DNA of 64,000 nucleotides from Octopus vulgaris (GCA_951406725.2 OX597827.1:62124001-62188000), one strand, 5' to 3'; shown: positions 40,911 through 56,565, counted from the first letter of the stretch. Made by a program: numbers and translations. The notes: generated from the sequence alone by a model not told the origin.

Positions 40911-41992
40911 CGCGAGTGTCGCGTTGCTCTCAAGCAACTCTGCCGTCCTGGGTCGACCTTAAGTGACTTCAACACAACCAAAGCATTCTATAGGGGTTTA
41001 GTGGAGGGGAGGTACGACGACGAGCTCGGGGCGAACCTGGACGTCGACGAGGAGTACCTGACCCGCCTGTTCAGGACGACTTTCGGGCCAGGGCCCATGG
41101 ACAACTTCCAGAGATCCCTGGCCTGGCAGTGCTACCGAGAAGCGCTACCCGTTCGGGATAAGCTCTACAGACACGGCTCGAGAAACACGGGGCCGACCTG
41201 CCCGAGATGCGGTCAGAGCGACGAAACCGTTCTGCACGCACTCGTTCAGTGTCCAACAATTTCCGACCTGTGGGCTTATGTCGAACAACTGCTGTCACGT
41301 GTGGGACGAGTCGGTTTATCAGCTGAGTCTATCGTCAATATTGTCACGCCTCCTTCCTTCAAACGGGAAGGAAGAGCTATTTTCATCATCCTTGTGGCTA
41401 TGGCGAAAGAATGTATCTGGTGGACGCGTCTGAAAGGATTGGAGACAAACACTTTCCTCTCTGGTCAATCTCTCATCAACTTCTTCAAGTACCACTTGAA
41501 AAGGAAAGTGAGAGTAGAGAGGCAAGTTTTGTCTAGCGAATGTTTTAAAAAAAGATGGGTGAATGTAGCAAGAATGGCACGTATGAATGACGAAGCCACC
41601 TTGAGCATAGTCCTATGAACCCAGAAATCGAAAACAGAGAGTTGCTTATTTGCAAAAAAAAAAAAAAAAGAAATATAAAATGTGACATCATTGACCGAGG
41701 TTACCGTGGTCTTTTCCGTAGGCTTTTCTTTGCACGGGTAAACCTCACCTGTCCTCCCCTTTACACTTCATATTGACATTTCTGTGATAACGATCCCTAT
41801 TGATCAATTTTTTTCCTCCCCCCCCTTTTTTAAACCCCTTTTTTTGTCCTCTTTCTCTCCTTTTACGATCCCTTTTGATCGAAACTCCCCCTTCCTTTTT
41901 TTTTTTTTTTTTTTCTTAAACCTTCAAAAGAAAAGCTCTACCTTGTAATTTGTTCTATCTGTGTGCAGCCCTGTGTGGCTAATAAAGAAACA
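40911..41992 (+). mobile_element. 5'-truncated Tx1/L1-group LINE (ORF2 C-terminus with CCHC zf-RVT, 3'UTR)
   Basis: Open frame to 41618: AWQCYREALPVRDKLYRHG..CPRCGQSDETVLHALVQC..W; (TATC)n on both sides. Confidence 0.92.
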
Positions 41993-42056
<64 letters not shown>

Positions 42057-43104
42057 CATCCATCCATCCATCCGTGTGTCTGTGTGTGTCCGTCCGTCCG
42101 TCCGTCTGTCTGTCCATCTATCTATCTATATACACATACACACACACACATATCAAAATATATATTACATGCACTAATATATATTTTATTGAATGCGGTA
42201 GTAATGTCTTTTTTTTAATATTCTTCGATATTCTAGAGAATTCTACCAAAAGATCTGAGATGGTACCGCGTGCGTAAATTAATTATAAAATTAATCACTT
42301 TGGACAGTTGTAAACGGTTCTGTTCTTCCCTTCGTTCATATCGTTCACTGTGGACAGAAAACGAGCGATTGACAAGACTGGACAGCAATCGTTAATCCAA
42401 CTTCGAGACTGTATTTGTAATTTCTTTTATTAAATGCTTTATTTAATCGGATAAACTAAACACTGTACATTCTTGGCATTCAGGTAAATTTAATTATTCA
42501 CCCGAGTGCCAAGAATGCTTCAGATATGCAAATTAACGTGCCCGGTTTAATGAGGTGTTTAATGATAGTAGTTACAAACTGCGAAGGCCTAGTGGTTAGT
42601 GTGCTTCACTTACAATCGCCGGATCGTGGTCCTCATTCGTGGACCGTCTATGCATTTTGTTCTTGAGCAAAATTCTTCATCTCCCGTTTCTCTGCGATCA
42701 CTACGACATCTGTGTGTTTGTCCCCTTAACATCGCTTGACAACCAATGCTGGTGTGTTTACCGATAGAATAAGTCCTGGCGTCGATTTGCTCGACTACAA
42801 GGCGGTGCTCCAACATGGCCGCAGTCAAATGACTGAAATAAGTAAAATAGTAAAAGAGTATACTCGCACTTAACTATGCACGAAATTTCAGTTCTCAGTA
42901 TTTGATAAGACGACCATACATATCGAAACCAGTAATATTTTATAAAAGTCACTTAACGTAACAAATACAAAAGAAACTTTAAACATACTTTTGTGTTGTT
43001 TCCACCTTTAATTTCTAACTATAACTTTTGATTTGTATGGATGCACATTGGGGAATAATTTGAAACGCAATGTAAATTAAATATTTTCGAGAAGAGAAGA
43101 CGGT

Positions 43105-43413
43105 TATATTCTGTGGTGTCTGGGGAGAGTAATTTTTTTTGTGCCTTAAAATTTCCACTTATTTCTTATTTTTATTTTCCTAAAATTTTTGTTGCGTCTT
43201 GCAACCTTTTCAAGACGTTTCAAGACTATTCAAAAGGTTGTAAGAGGCAACGAAAATTTTCGGAAAATATAAATAAGAAATACGTTGAAATTTTACCGGT
43301 GAGTGTGTTAAATTATAAGGCACAAAAAGAAAATTGCTCTTCCCAGACACAACAGAATATGCTTCAACACTCGAACTCACATAAAGAATCTTGCAAACCA
43401 AACCCAAAAACGA
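43105..43413. mobile_element. Fold-back insertion with 12-bp flanking direct repeat
   Basis: Arms mirror around ~43220; aagacggttata at ~43097 and ~43414. Confidence 0.75.
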
Positions 43414-43640
43414 AAGACGGTTATACTTTCCTTGATAAAGGCCTAAGAAGACTTGAAGCTAGTTAGAGGTGCACCTATCCAGATTTCGTGCCCATGGAAG
43501 TTAGACGTTGAGGTGTAATTATTTTATTTACTTTTCACAGCCAGATTAAGATTATGTGTTTATAAAAGAATGTATAGTAGGTTACATTATCTTTCACACA
43601 TACTGAAATACTTACATACGTACGTATGTACATTTGTATA

Positions 43641-43857
43641 CGAGGGGTGCTAAAAAGTTCCTGGTTTTGGGTAAATGAAAATACAGGAGGTTTAGTTAAT
43701 TATGAGTTTATTAAATATATTCTCCTCTCAGATTGACGCACTTATTGCAGCGGTCCTCCGGTTTTTCTAAGACCTGTAAAAGAACCTGGTAGGTTGGGCC
43801 TCCAACCAGGCCTTCCGCAACACCCTTAAAATCAGGAACTTTTCAGCAACCCCCTCG
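43641..43857. mobile_element. Mariner-type MITE
   Basis: TIR CGAGGGGTGCTAAAAAGTTCCTGG / TCAGGAACTTTTCAGCAACCCCCTCG with TA flanks. Confidence 0.9.
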
Positions 43858-44326
<469 letters not shown>

Positions 44327-44650
44327 ATATATGCATGCACATATATATATGCATGTGTTGGTATGTATGTATGTGCACATGTGTGAGTGTTTATGTGTGT
44401 ACATATGCGTGAACAAACAGGCATATTTCCTGTAAATGCTCTACTTTGTTGTAAAGCTATTTGCAATATGCATTTCGTATAACTTTCATACTTAGAAACA
44501 AAACCACAACAATTAAGTGGGGCAGACCACAAGAGATCGCCTTCCCTATGGATATGAGCAGCACATACTTTTAGTGAATTGACTGTAAATGGGAATCAGA
44601 TCTAGTTCGCAGACCTAGTAGGATGGAAACATATTCTTTGTATTAATGAA

Positions 44651-44706
<56 letters not shown>

Positions 44707-44839
44707 AACCTAAGGTACAGATATTGCTATACAAAGTGAAAATAATAAAGCTTTCTTGAATATAATTCCACTCGCAGACTTAGGTAGGCATATGTAATTT
44801 ATATGTTTATAGTAAAATGTAAGTGTGTATGTGTGAGAA

Positions 44840-44875
<36 letters not shown>

Positions 44876-46323
44876 CACATGTACAGTGATGCGTGTTTGT
44901 GCTTTCGTAGGTGGTTGTCTTTCTGCGTATATTTTTCTTGACATATTTAGAAGTACCCTCGCACGCAATATCAGATATATATATATATACATATGTATAT
45001 GTATATATAGGTTATACGTATGCGCATGAACACATAAGCATACACGTGCTGACATATACATAACTACACACACCCACACCCACAAACACATACGCACACA
45101 AACACACACACATATACACATACACGCAAATATGTGTACGTGTATATATATATATATATATATATATACACGTATACACACACGTATACACACACACACA
45201 CGTATATATGTATATACCCATACATACATAAATGCATACATACTCAAAACATGTGTGTGTATATACATATATACATATATATATACATACATATACATAT
45301 ATGCACATATACATAGAGATATATACATATATATATATATACATTTATACACACATATACATATATATGTGAACACGTATATACGTGAGCATATTCCCAC
45401 AGATAAACGCACACACACTCACAACCACATACACACAAACACACACACGCACAATGTAGAAATACTGAGATCACGACTTCAACACTTGCACCGCAATGTC
45501 TGGAAGGTTCAGATGTTCGACTCCACCTCTGGGGAAAAGACGGTAGGAAAGAAGAGGAAGGTGAGGAGCGAAGAGGCAGACACAGAAATGTGGAGTTGGC
45601 GTTGGCGTTGTTGTTGTTGATGGTGGTGGTGGTGGTGGCTGTGGTGGGGGAACAAATGTGAGAGGAAGTTAGGAAAGGAGAAGACGTAGTGTTGGATAAA
45701 AGAAGATATAGGGAGAACGATGGTGCTAGTTTATAAGCAGAAGTGTGAGAATGATAATGTGGAGGTGTGATAGAGAAATGGAATGGGAAAGATGGCGGGG
45801 CGAGGGGAGAAAAGATTTGGGCGGGTGGGGTGGAGAGGAAATGAGTGTGAGGATAAGGAAGACACGAGGCGGAGGCGGAAGACGAGGAAGAAACTGAAAG
45901 TAGAGGTACGAAAGAAGACTAGAATGCAAGGAAGCGGTGCGTTGGAGGGAAGCGTAAATGTAAGATGAAGATGGAAGGAAGATAGGAAGAGAGATGTGAT
46001 AAAGAGAGTAGGTGTTGTTGGTCGCTGGTGTGATGCACAAATGTACAAGATGAGGTGTTGGTGACAATGGATGCTGATGTATGGGATGGCGTTCGGGAGA
46101 ATATATATCATCCTTTTTATTCGCTAGAAATGGTATATAGTCGTGGGAATGGTTGTAGTGTTGTGTTAGTATTAGTAGTAACAGACGTAGCTCTGAAGCA
46201 GTGGTAGAAGCAGCAGCAGTAGTAGCAGCAAAATTAGCAGTAGTAGCAGTGTTAGTAGTAGTGGCGGTAGTAATAGTGGTGGTGATAGTAGTTCTAGCAG
46301 TAGTGTTAGTGGTCGTAGTATGG

Positions 46324-46706
46324 TGGCACTCCGTCGGTTTCGACGACGAAGGTCCCAGTTGATTCGATCAACGGAACAACCTGCTCGTGAAATTAACGTG
46401 CAAGTGGCTGAGCCCTCCACAGACACGTATACCCTTAACGTAGTTCTCAGGGCAGATTCAGCATGACACACAGTGTGACAAGGCTGGCCCTTTGAAATAC
46501 AGGTACAACAGAAACAGGAAGAAAGAGTGAAAGAAAGTTGTGGCGAAAGAGTACAGCAGGGTTCACCACAGTCCTCCTACCAGAGCCTCGTGGAGCTTTA
46601 GATGTTTTCGCTCAATAAACACTCACAACAACCAGTCTGGGAATCGAAACGGCGATCCTACGATCGCAAGTCCGATGCCCTAACCACTGGGTAATTGCAC
46701 CTCCAC
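46324..46706 (-). mobile_element. Full-length SINE family C
   Basis: tRNA-like head through to cgacggagtgcca tail. Confidence 0.92.
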
Positions 46707-47087
46707 GTTCGTAGAATAGTAATCATAGTAACACTGGTATTAGTAATAATAATTGCTAGTAGCATCGTGGTGATAGTAACAAAATTGCTGGTAGCGACGG
46801 TAGTATTCGAAGTACTAATATTAGTAGTGATAGCAGTTTTAGTAATAAAAAATAGTGGTAGTAGTTTTAGTAACAGTAGTGGTAGTAGTAGAAGTAGTAG
46901 TAGTAGTAGTAGAAATTGCATCATCATCATCATCATGATCATCATTATAAGGCCGACTTTGCATTTCCTCCTTTCAGGGTCGATAAATTAAGTATGAATT
47001 AAGCAGTTGGGCCGATGTAATTGACTTATCCTCTCCCTCTCTCGAAATTGTTGGACAGCTGCGATAATTTGAAATCCTCCTCCTCCT

Positions 47088-47368
47088 ACGTGTACCCTTA
47101 ACGTAGTTCTCGGGGATATTCAGCCTGACACAGAGAGTGACAAGGCCGGCCCTTTGAAATACAGGTACAACAGAAACAGGAAGTAAGAGTGAGAGAAAGT
47201 TGTGGTGAAAGAGTACAGCAGGGATCACCACCACACCCCTGCCGGAGCCTCGTGGAGCTTTAGGTGTTTTCGCTCAATAAACACTCACAACGCCCGGTCT
47301 GGGAATCGAAACCGCGATCCTACGACCGCGAGTCCGCTGCCCTAACCACTGGGCCATTGCGCCTCCAC
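47088..47368 (-). mobile_element. SINE family C, 3'-truncated
   Basis: Matches ~46425-46706. Confidence 0.92.
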
Positions 47369-47636
47369 TGTTACGACTTATACACGACTAAATACGGTAA
47401 TTATTTAGCGTCGTATGTCAGAATAATTCCAGATTATTCAATGATTTTTAGAATTTCTTTCCACAGAAAACATTGAACAACAGATTTATGGTATATCTTC
47501 TTATTCCAACGAGTAACCTTTCCCTTCATTATTTTAATCCCGTTCATTATATCTTATATTCTTCAGTTATCTAACATCCATTCCATTGTATTCGTTTTTC
47601 AGACGAATTCTTTTAAACTAATAATCTGATGTTTTA

Positions 47637-48149
47637 CTAGCAGTATCGCCCGGCGTTGCTCGGGTTTGTAAGGGAAATAACTATATAAGCATTTTTAGAG
47701 AGTTACTTCCCTTATAGATGCCAATTCGAGCTTTCTTAGCCATTTCTGTTTTGGTGTCTTCAAGCCATGAAGTCGTTGTTCTAAAAGAACGCTGGTCTCC
47801 TTGACAACGCTTTACGACGTTGATTTCTTACACTCCCTTCCCCACAGCTTCACGAAGGAGGGACGAAGGGGGAGAAGCAAACGGGTGCAGGCGTGACCAT
47901 GGACGCCAACTCCGCCGCCATCGACACACGAAAAATTATGCATTAAAATGGAATAAAAAATGATGTTAAATTATTTTTAAAAATCGTAGATTCATCGTAG
48001 ACGCGCGCTAATAGCCAGACGGGCTCGATATTAATCACGACTATAGGATACCCGAATTTGGTTAAACTGCACCGCAAAATGTGGGAGTAGTTAGGAATCT
48101 AAATCGAAGGGGACAGACACTCACACAACTACAGTTTTATATATATAGA
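47637..48149 (-). mobile_element. Non-autonomous Helitron-like element
   Basis: A|TCTATATA..cccgagcaacgccggg hairpin..CTAG|T. Confidence 0.8.
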
Positions 48150-48612
48150 TATATGGTGTGTTCTTGACGTTACAATTCCACTGTACTAACAGCTACCAAT
48201 TTCGTTCTTGAGAACAAACGGCAGGTTTCTCTCTCTCTCTCTCTCACTCGCTCTTTCTCTCTCTTTCGTTCTCTCTTTCTCCTTCCCTCCCTCTCTCTCT
48301 CTCTCACTCACACTCACACACACATATACACAGATACACGCACAAGCAGACGCAAACATTACCAATTTAACCAAACTTGTAATAGCTCATGTTATTTTAT
48401 GAGAGATTCGTTATATTTTTATCTTATTGTATACATAACTAACTATATTGCTTCTTTGCACGAATGCTTAGCTTTACAATTCAACCAAATGTGTTGATTT
48501 TCCATTTGGCTCAAATATGTGCATAAGTGCGTACGTACATACATAGATATATGCACACATATACACATACATACATTTATTCCTTCATTCACTCATTCAG
48601 TCGTTCATTCTG

Positions 48613-49079
48613 TTGGGTTGGTGCATAATTATTGCGGCTTTTTTCAAACAAATTTCGTTCAACAAAAGCAATGACAATATTTAACAAAAGCATTTATAAA
48701 TGACGGTCTGACCGTGTGCCAAAGAAATAAGAAGCAGTAATTGAAGTAGATGGTGAATATGCTCCGGAATAATAATTTAAAGATGTTTTTGTGTTGTGTG
48801 GACGCCCCCAGACGATGAAGTGGGCTAACCCAATACGAAGATATAGAGGGAGAAGCCTAGCCGTCGAGGTCAGAGAAGTAGAAGAGAGCAGAGTTGAAGA
48901 GCAGAGTTGAGTAGATGTCATCCGAACGTGCGACGTAACAGTGGGGACGAGGATTTCATAGCTCCCACAGCCACTGTGTAGTATTGCGATATAACCTTTT
49001 GTTACATGTTGTTATTGTTTTTGTTGAATAAAGTTTATTGTAAAAAAAAAAGTGCCGCAATAATTATGCACCAACTCAA
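48613..49079 (+). mobile_element. Mariner-derived MITE
   Basis: TIR ttgggttggtgcataattattgcggc / gccgcaataattatgcaccaactcaa; residual AVIEVDGEYAPE* C-terminus. Confidence 0.9.
48797..49006. mobile_element. LTR-like insertion within the MITE
   Basis: TGT..ACA ends; 5-bp TSD TGTTG at 48792-48796 and 49007-49011. Confidence 0.65.
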
Positions 49080-49330
49080 TATAAATACAAATGAAACTGG
49101 CACTTGGTCGGTTACGACGACGAAGGTTCCAGTTGATCCGATCAACGGAACAGCATCCTCGTGAATTTAACGTGCAAGTGGCTGAGCAATCCACAGACGC
49201 GTGATGCAGATTGTGACAAGGCTGGCTCATTGAACTACAGGTACAACTCATTTTTTGTCAGCAGAGTGGATTGGAGCAACGTGAAATATATATATATATA
49301 TATATATAATTATATATAAATATATATATA

Positions 49331-49986
49331 TATGGAGAGTTAGCTAAAGGAGAACGACCTCCACATAAACCAAAAAAGAGGTATAAGGACTTGCTGAAGG
49401 CATCTTTAAGAGATGCCTTCTCCTGAAACATGGGAAGGCATAAAATATTGATCGTAGCAGGTGGAGAGGGATTGTGCACGAGGGGACAGCCACTTTTGAG
49501 AAATCTCGAGTTGCACATGAGAAAGAAAGGAGGGATGTCAGGAAGAACATCGCTGTTACACTTCCAGATGGGAAGTGTCTTCCTTTGATGCTGACATGCA
49601 ATGTCTGTGCGAGACTCTGTCTCAGTAAAGTTGGACTCAAGAGTCATCTTCGTAGTCATAAAGCGAGACAGATGAGTGATAACCTGGCCTCTGGTGGTGG
49701 TGTAACACGCCATACTAATCATATCTGTCGGACATGTGGAAGAGAGTGTAATTCGGCAGGAGGACATAAACGACATGCAAAGGTACATGAAGCTCAGTTA
49801 CAACTACAGCCGGCTATTACCGGTAAAGGTATTAGTTGCCAATTCTGTACAAAGACATTGTAGATCTTTAGCTGGGCTAAAAAGTCACATTCGATCACAG
49901 CACCAGTAACAGTTAAGCTTCGTGCAATGGCCATACCCGATAACGAGGGGGCAGCCATAATAATAATAATGATAATAATAATAATA

Positions 49987-50068
<82 letters not shown>

Positions 50069-50121
50069 TAATAATAATAATAATAGTAATAATAATAATA
50101 ATAATAGTAATAATAATAATA

Positions 50122-50175
<54 letters not shown>

Positions 50176-50188
50176 GTAATAGTAATAA
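49331..50188 (+). mobile_element. RTE-clade LINE 3' end with C2H2 zinc fingers and (ATA)n tail
   Basis: YGELAKGERPPHKPKKRYKDLLK..DRSRWR; CNVC..HLRSH, CRTC..HAKVH, frameshifted CQFC..HIRS. Confidence 0.88.
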
Positions 50189-51290
50189 TATATATATATA
50201 TATTCATTCATTTTCTTGGGATTAATCGATATGCGGGTATTCTATTTCAGATAATACAAAAATAATCTAATGAGTATATCTGACAGTAAACTAATGGTAT
50301 CAGTTTGCACATCACGAAATAATACTTAAAGGATATAACCACAATTTCCAGCTGGGGATATAATGTACTTCATTAATTATACCATACTTTAGTTAATACC
50401 TATATTTATTAAATATGAAGGAACTACACGTGTTTCAGTATTGGAAGATTACAATATATATACATATACACGACTGTATATCCATATATATATACATATA
50501 TTCAATCGTCAGATTTTCAATTATTCCAACACATCTTCAGGTTCTATTTCAAAATATTATATATCTAATTTTACTTACCTTTAAAAATAAGCATTAAATA
50601 CAATTAAGCAGAAAGTTCTGAGTTCAAATTATGTTGAGGTTGATGCTACCTTTTATCCTTTTGGATTCGATAAAATAAGTACCAGTTGAACACTGGGGTC
50701 GACTGTATTCGACTTAACACCTCCTCCTCCGTACTTGTTGGCCTCCTCCTAATCTGAACACCAAGCTCCACATTTGTTTCAAATATAGCTGCTCAGATTA
50801 TACAACTCAAACGTTTTATATTTTCTTGACAACATCTTACGAATACATGTTGAAGTGTAGTTAACGGTCTTTGTGTGTTTCCGAATGGCTGACATATGCC
50901 TCCCACGTTGCAATCGCTTTAGTCTTAGATCAAAACACTTGATATGCAATTACATCTCCCTATATTTTTCTTAGTTTTCCCGAAACATAATACATCAGAT
51001 GCTTTTCAAAACCAATATCCTTAAACCTTTCCCGCAAAGTTTCACACATAATCAATAAATAGATTTCCTGTTGATACAAGTTTTAGTTTAGTTATATTTC
51101 TTGTTATTGTTTTTCTCTCAATATGGTACCGTCTGTATTTCGCCCAAAATCTTAGTTCAATATTAATATTCTCAACAAAACAAACTACACTTTAATTTAA
51201 TAACACTACTACTTTTACATATTACAAATTGATTTTTAATAACAACAGGTATTGTACACAAGACCACGTACATGCTATTGAGACGAAGCA

Positions 51291-51321
<31 letters not shown>

Positions 51322-51516
51322 CTTCTTCTTCTTCTTCTTCTTCTTCTTCTTCTTCTTCTTCTTCTTCTTCTTCTTCTTTCTACCGCTTTTCCTCTTTTCT
51401 CCTCTTTCTGATGAAGGAATTGCGCCAGCCTTGTGTCAGCCTTATACAAATAATATCTGTGTTAAAAATTGTTCCCCTAGTATTATTTCTTGTTTTCCCT
51501 CATCCACTATATATAA

Positions 51517-51598
<82 letters not shown>

Positions 51599-51599
51599 G

Positions 51600-51825
51600 T
51601 TTCTTTATTACCCACTAGGGGCTAAACATAGAGGGGACAAGCAAGGACAGACAAACGGATTATGTCGATTACTCCGACCCCAGAGCGTAACTGGTACTTA
51701 ATTTATCGACCCCGAAAGGATGAAAGGCAAAGTCGACCTCGGCGGAATTTGAACTCAGAACGTAACGGTAGACGAAATACGGCTACGCATTTCGCCCGGC
51801 GTGCTAACGGTTCTGCCAGCTCGCA
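51600..51825 (-). mobile_element. Full-length SINE family A
   Basis: Direct match. Confidence 0.92.
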
Positions 51826-51839
51826 TATATATATATATA

Positions 51840-52400
51840 TCACCATGGTCTCTCCCGTCGTCTGACGACATATGAGGGTTCGGCAATTTCTTGCCGAACA
51901 ACCACACAGATGATTTGCTCATAGTGATCGAATGTTTGTGTTCAGATAAGCTCATTCCCTCTACCAAATCGACTATTACCTGTACACGTGCACCATGTGC
52001 CACATGTGATATGCCGAAACGATCGCAGAGCAACGTAAAAATGAAGTCCTTTACTCAGGAACACAACGCGATACCCAGTCTGGGAATCGAAACCACGATC
52101 TCGCAATCGTGAGTGCAACACCCTAGCTACTAAGTGTGGCTTAGTGGTTAGGGCATCCGGCTCATGATCGTAAGGTCGTGAGTTCAATTCTCGGCAACAC
52201 ATTGTGTCCTTGAGCAAGACACTTCATTTCCCGTTGCTCCATTCCACTCAGCTGGCAAAAATGAGTAGTATCTGTATTTCAAAGGGCCAGCTTTGTCACA
52301 CTGTATCATTCTGAATCTCCCTGAGAACTATGATAAGGGTACATGTGCCTGTGGAGTGCTCAGCCACATGCACATTAATTTCACGAGCAGTCTGTTCCCT
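51840..52400. mobile_element. Two family C/D SINEs head-to-head (51840-52133 minus; 52135-52400 plus)
   Basis: tRNA-like heads abut at ~52134; different tails. Confidence 0.82.
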
Positions 52401-52459
52401 GACGTCGTAACCGACGTCGTACACCAGGACAGACAAAGAGAGAGCGAGAGAGAGAGAGA

Positions 52460-54119
<1,660 letters not shown>

Positions 54120-54139
54120 TATATATATAAATATATATG

Positions 54140-55260
54140 AACTTTATTTTTCAAAAAATGCTATGAGGATAAAAATAAATATTCTTTTCTCAAATGTTAT
54201 TCAATAAAGCCACCTTCAGCTTCCACAACTGCTCCTATACGAGATCTAAATCATCTACATGTTCGAATCAAGTGGTCTTGGTTCATTTTGGACATTACTC
54301 TGACTTTGTCAGCTTTCAAAGAATCTTTCGTGCAATGGGCATGTTCATTGACCTCTCTCTCAACAACGCTCCTCATGCAATAGTCCAATGGATTGAGATC
54401 TGGGGAATTAGGAAGCCAAATGTTAGGGGTTATGTGATCATGAACATTTTCAGCCATCCATTCGTGTGTTACTAGAGCCATGTGTGATAGTGCAGGGTCT
54501 TATTGAAACACATATGACCTTCCATTGCATACGCTGTCTATTCAGGGCTTAGCAATTATTTCCAGGACCTCAATGTAGGCGGTAAAGTTAACTCTAAGGC
54601 CTTGTGTAAAGAAGTTACAGAGGCATCTCATGTCCTTCATTTTTGATAACCCCTAAGACCATGACAATTGCAAGAAATTTTGTATGTTTGTAACTTCAGA
54701 AGGGTCTGCACATAACCATCTGTCATTTCTTCAGTTAACTTTTTGATCTTGGTCGAAGTTTTCTTGTTTGAGAAAAATCAAATCAAATCTTCTCCTGGTG
54801 GATTTTTCACTTTGTTAAAGAGCCTTTTAGATCTGATGTAGTGGTTTTCTTTTGCTTGACCTTTCATCATCATATAAGACTTTGATGTCTTCGTGAACAT
54901 CATTTCTGACACATGGACTGTTCCTTCTGACACAGGGAAATCTATTGCAATTAACCTCATGGACTTTCTGGAATTGTAATCAATGGTTTGTTGAACTTGC
55001 TAGATAAATCCAGGTGTTCTGATGATTTCAGAGCATTTAGAATGCTTTTTATGCTTCGATACTGATGGATACGTTTCCAGCATCAGTCTCTAGTTCCTTA
55101 CAAACTTTGTAGACGAAAGATTTAGAAACTTTTAAAAATCGCGATATTTCTAAATCACTATGCTCAGCCTTTATAACCACAATAACAGCATCCCTCTTCA
55201 TTTCTTGAGTAAGCTGAGGACCTCACATTATTATTTTCTGAAACAAATATTTTACAGAGT
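54140..55260 (-). mobile_element. Decayed maT/Tc1-type transposase
   Basis: EWMAENVHDHITPNIWLPNSPDLNPLDY..VEREVNEHAH..AVVEAEGGFIE*; N-terminal VSEGTV. Confidence 0.85.
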
Positions 55261-56565
55261 TAGCAAAAAATGGGCACATTTTCTAATATATTATGTTATT
55301 TGATCAGATATTCATTTGTCCAGCTCCATACGAACACCCCAGTTCAGTTTTTACATTTTTGAAAGTTTTGTTAAATAACACCACTTGCTGTAGTGAACTA
55401 ACTTAACAAACTATAAATTATTTACTCGCTATAAAACCTTGTTCGCTTTTAAATATTTCAAACAAAAACTTCTTATCTATTCATCATATATTAAATATAA
55501 TTTTTCAGATATCTTATTAAAATAATCTAAACTTCTTTAGTTCTTTTAGTCAAAATATAAAATCAAGAGCAATTTAGATTTAATCTCATGTATATGTTGC
55601 GTCCTTTTAAAGTTTATTTGTGTATCGTATATCTGAGCATTATTTAGTTAAGTGTAAAGATAATTAAGATAGAAACGAAAATGTGTTTTCTTGTAGGTTA
55701 GCAGTGTAATTCTTAAAACTGTTTCTTTTTTCTTTTTTGCATTTCTAAACTTTGTCTAAAGATACCCATATAAATAAAAGAAAAAATATTACTTTTTTCT
55801 TAAAATATTTATCATTCTTGTCCGTGTATTTTTTTCCATATATAAATCGATTGAATATATTTATTAATACTGATATAAATTTTCATTTCGTATTTAGGTA
55901 GTGAACCTTCTTCGGCAAAAATGCTTAGACAGTGTTAAATACACAGCTGGTATTATTCTAGTAAACATCGGTCTGAAATGTCCAAACTTTTACGGTTATC
56001 TACGGAAACGTCCGAGAAAAGAATTGTTTCATTCTAAGTATAAATCTACAAGGAATATATCGAAATAATGCACAAATGGGTACAACTATTTACACTCACT
56101 GATATAAGTCACTCAAATTGAAAATATTATTAGAATAACTCCTCTTCTATACAAAACTACCACTCAACATAAATCTCTGTTCCAAGCGAAGAGTTTACGA
56201 TATCGTTGAGACAAAATCTTGAATACATTCTCTTTGAAAATATTCAGGTGTGCATCATTGTATCCACTTCTTCACAGACATTGAAAGATCAGACTTCTGC
56301 TGATATATGCTCATCCTTTCATCTGATGATATATTGCGGTAGAGTCGTGCGATTTCTTTGGGCATGTATTCTAGGTTATTAGACAAGGAATGCTGCTCAA
56401 GGAACTGCTTTCCAAGTCTTGTGATGTTATCAGCTTCCTGCATGCAAACTTGGTCAAGGGATGCACTTCGTCACTTGGCAGTTAATAGTTATTGCAGAAG
56501 GGATATGATACGACATTCTAAGGCAGTCTGGATCGAGAGAGAGAGAGAGAGAGAGAAAGAGAGAT

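Noticed and set aside
40689-41618. 309-aa ORF as a host gene
   Set aside because: Chimera of LINE 3'UTR, TATC repeat and truncated Tx1 ORF2.
47290-47368. tRNA gene calls at SINE heads
   Set aside because: A/B boxes run into SINE bodies with no acceptor stem or terminator.
56255-56530. 62-aa minus-strand ORF MQEADNITRLGKQ..
   Set aside because: No recognised homology; frame closes upstream; cannot be supported without a search.
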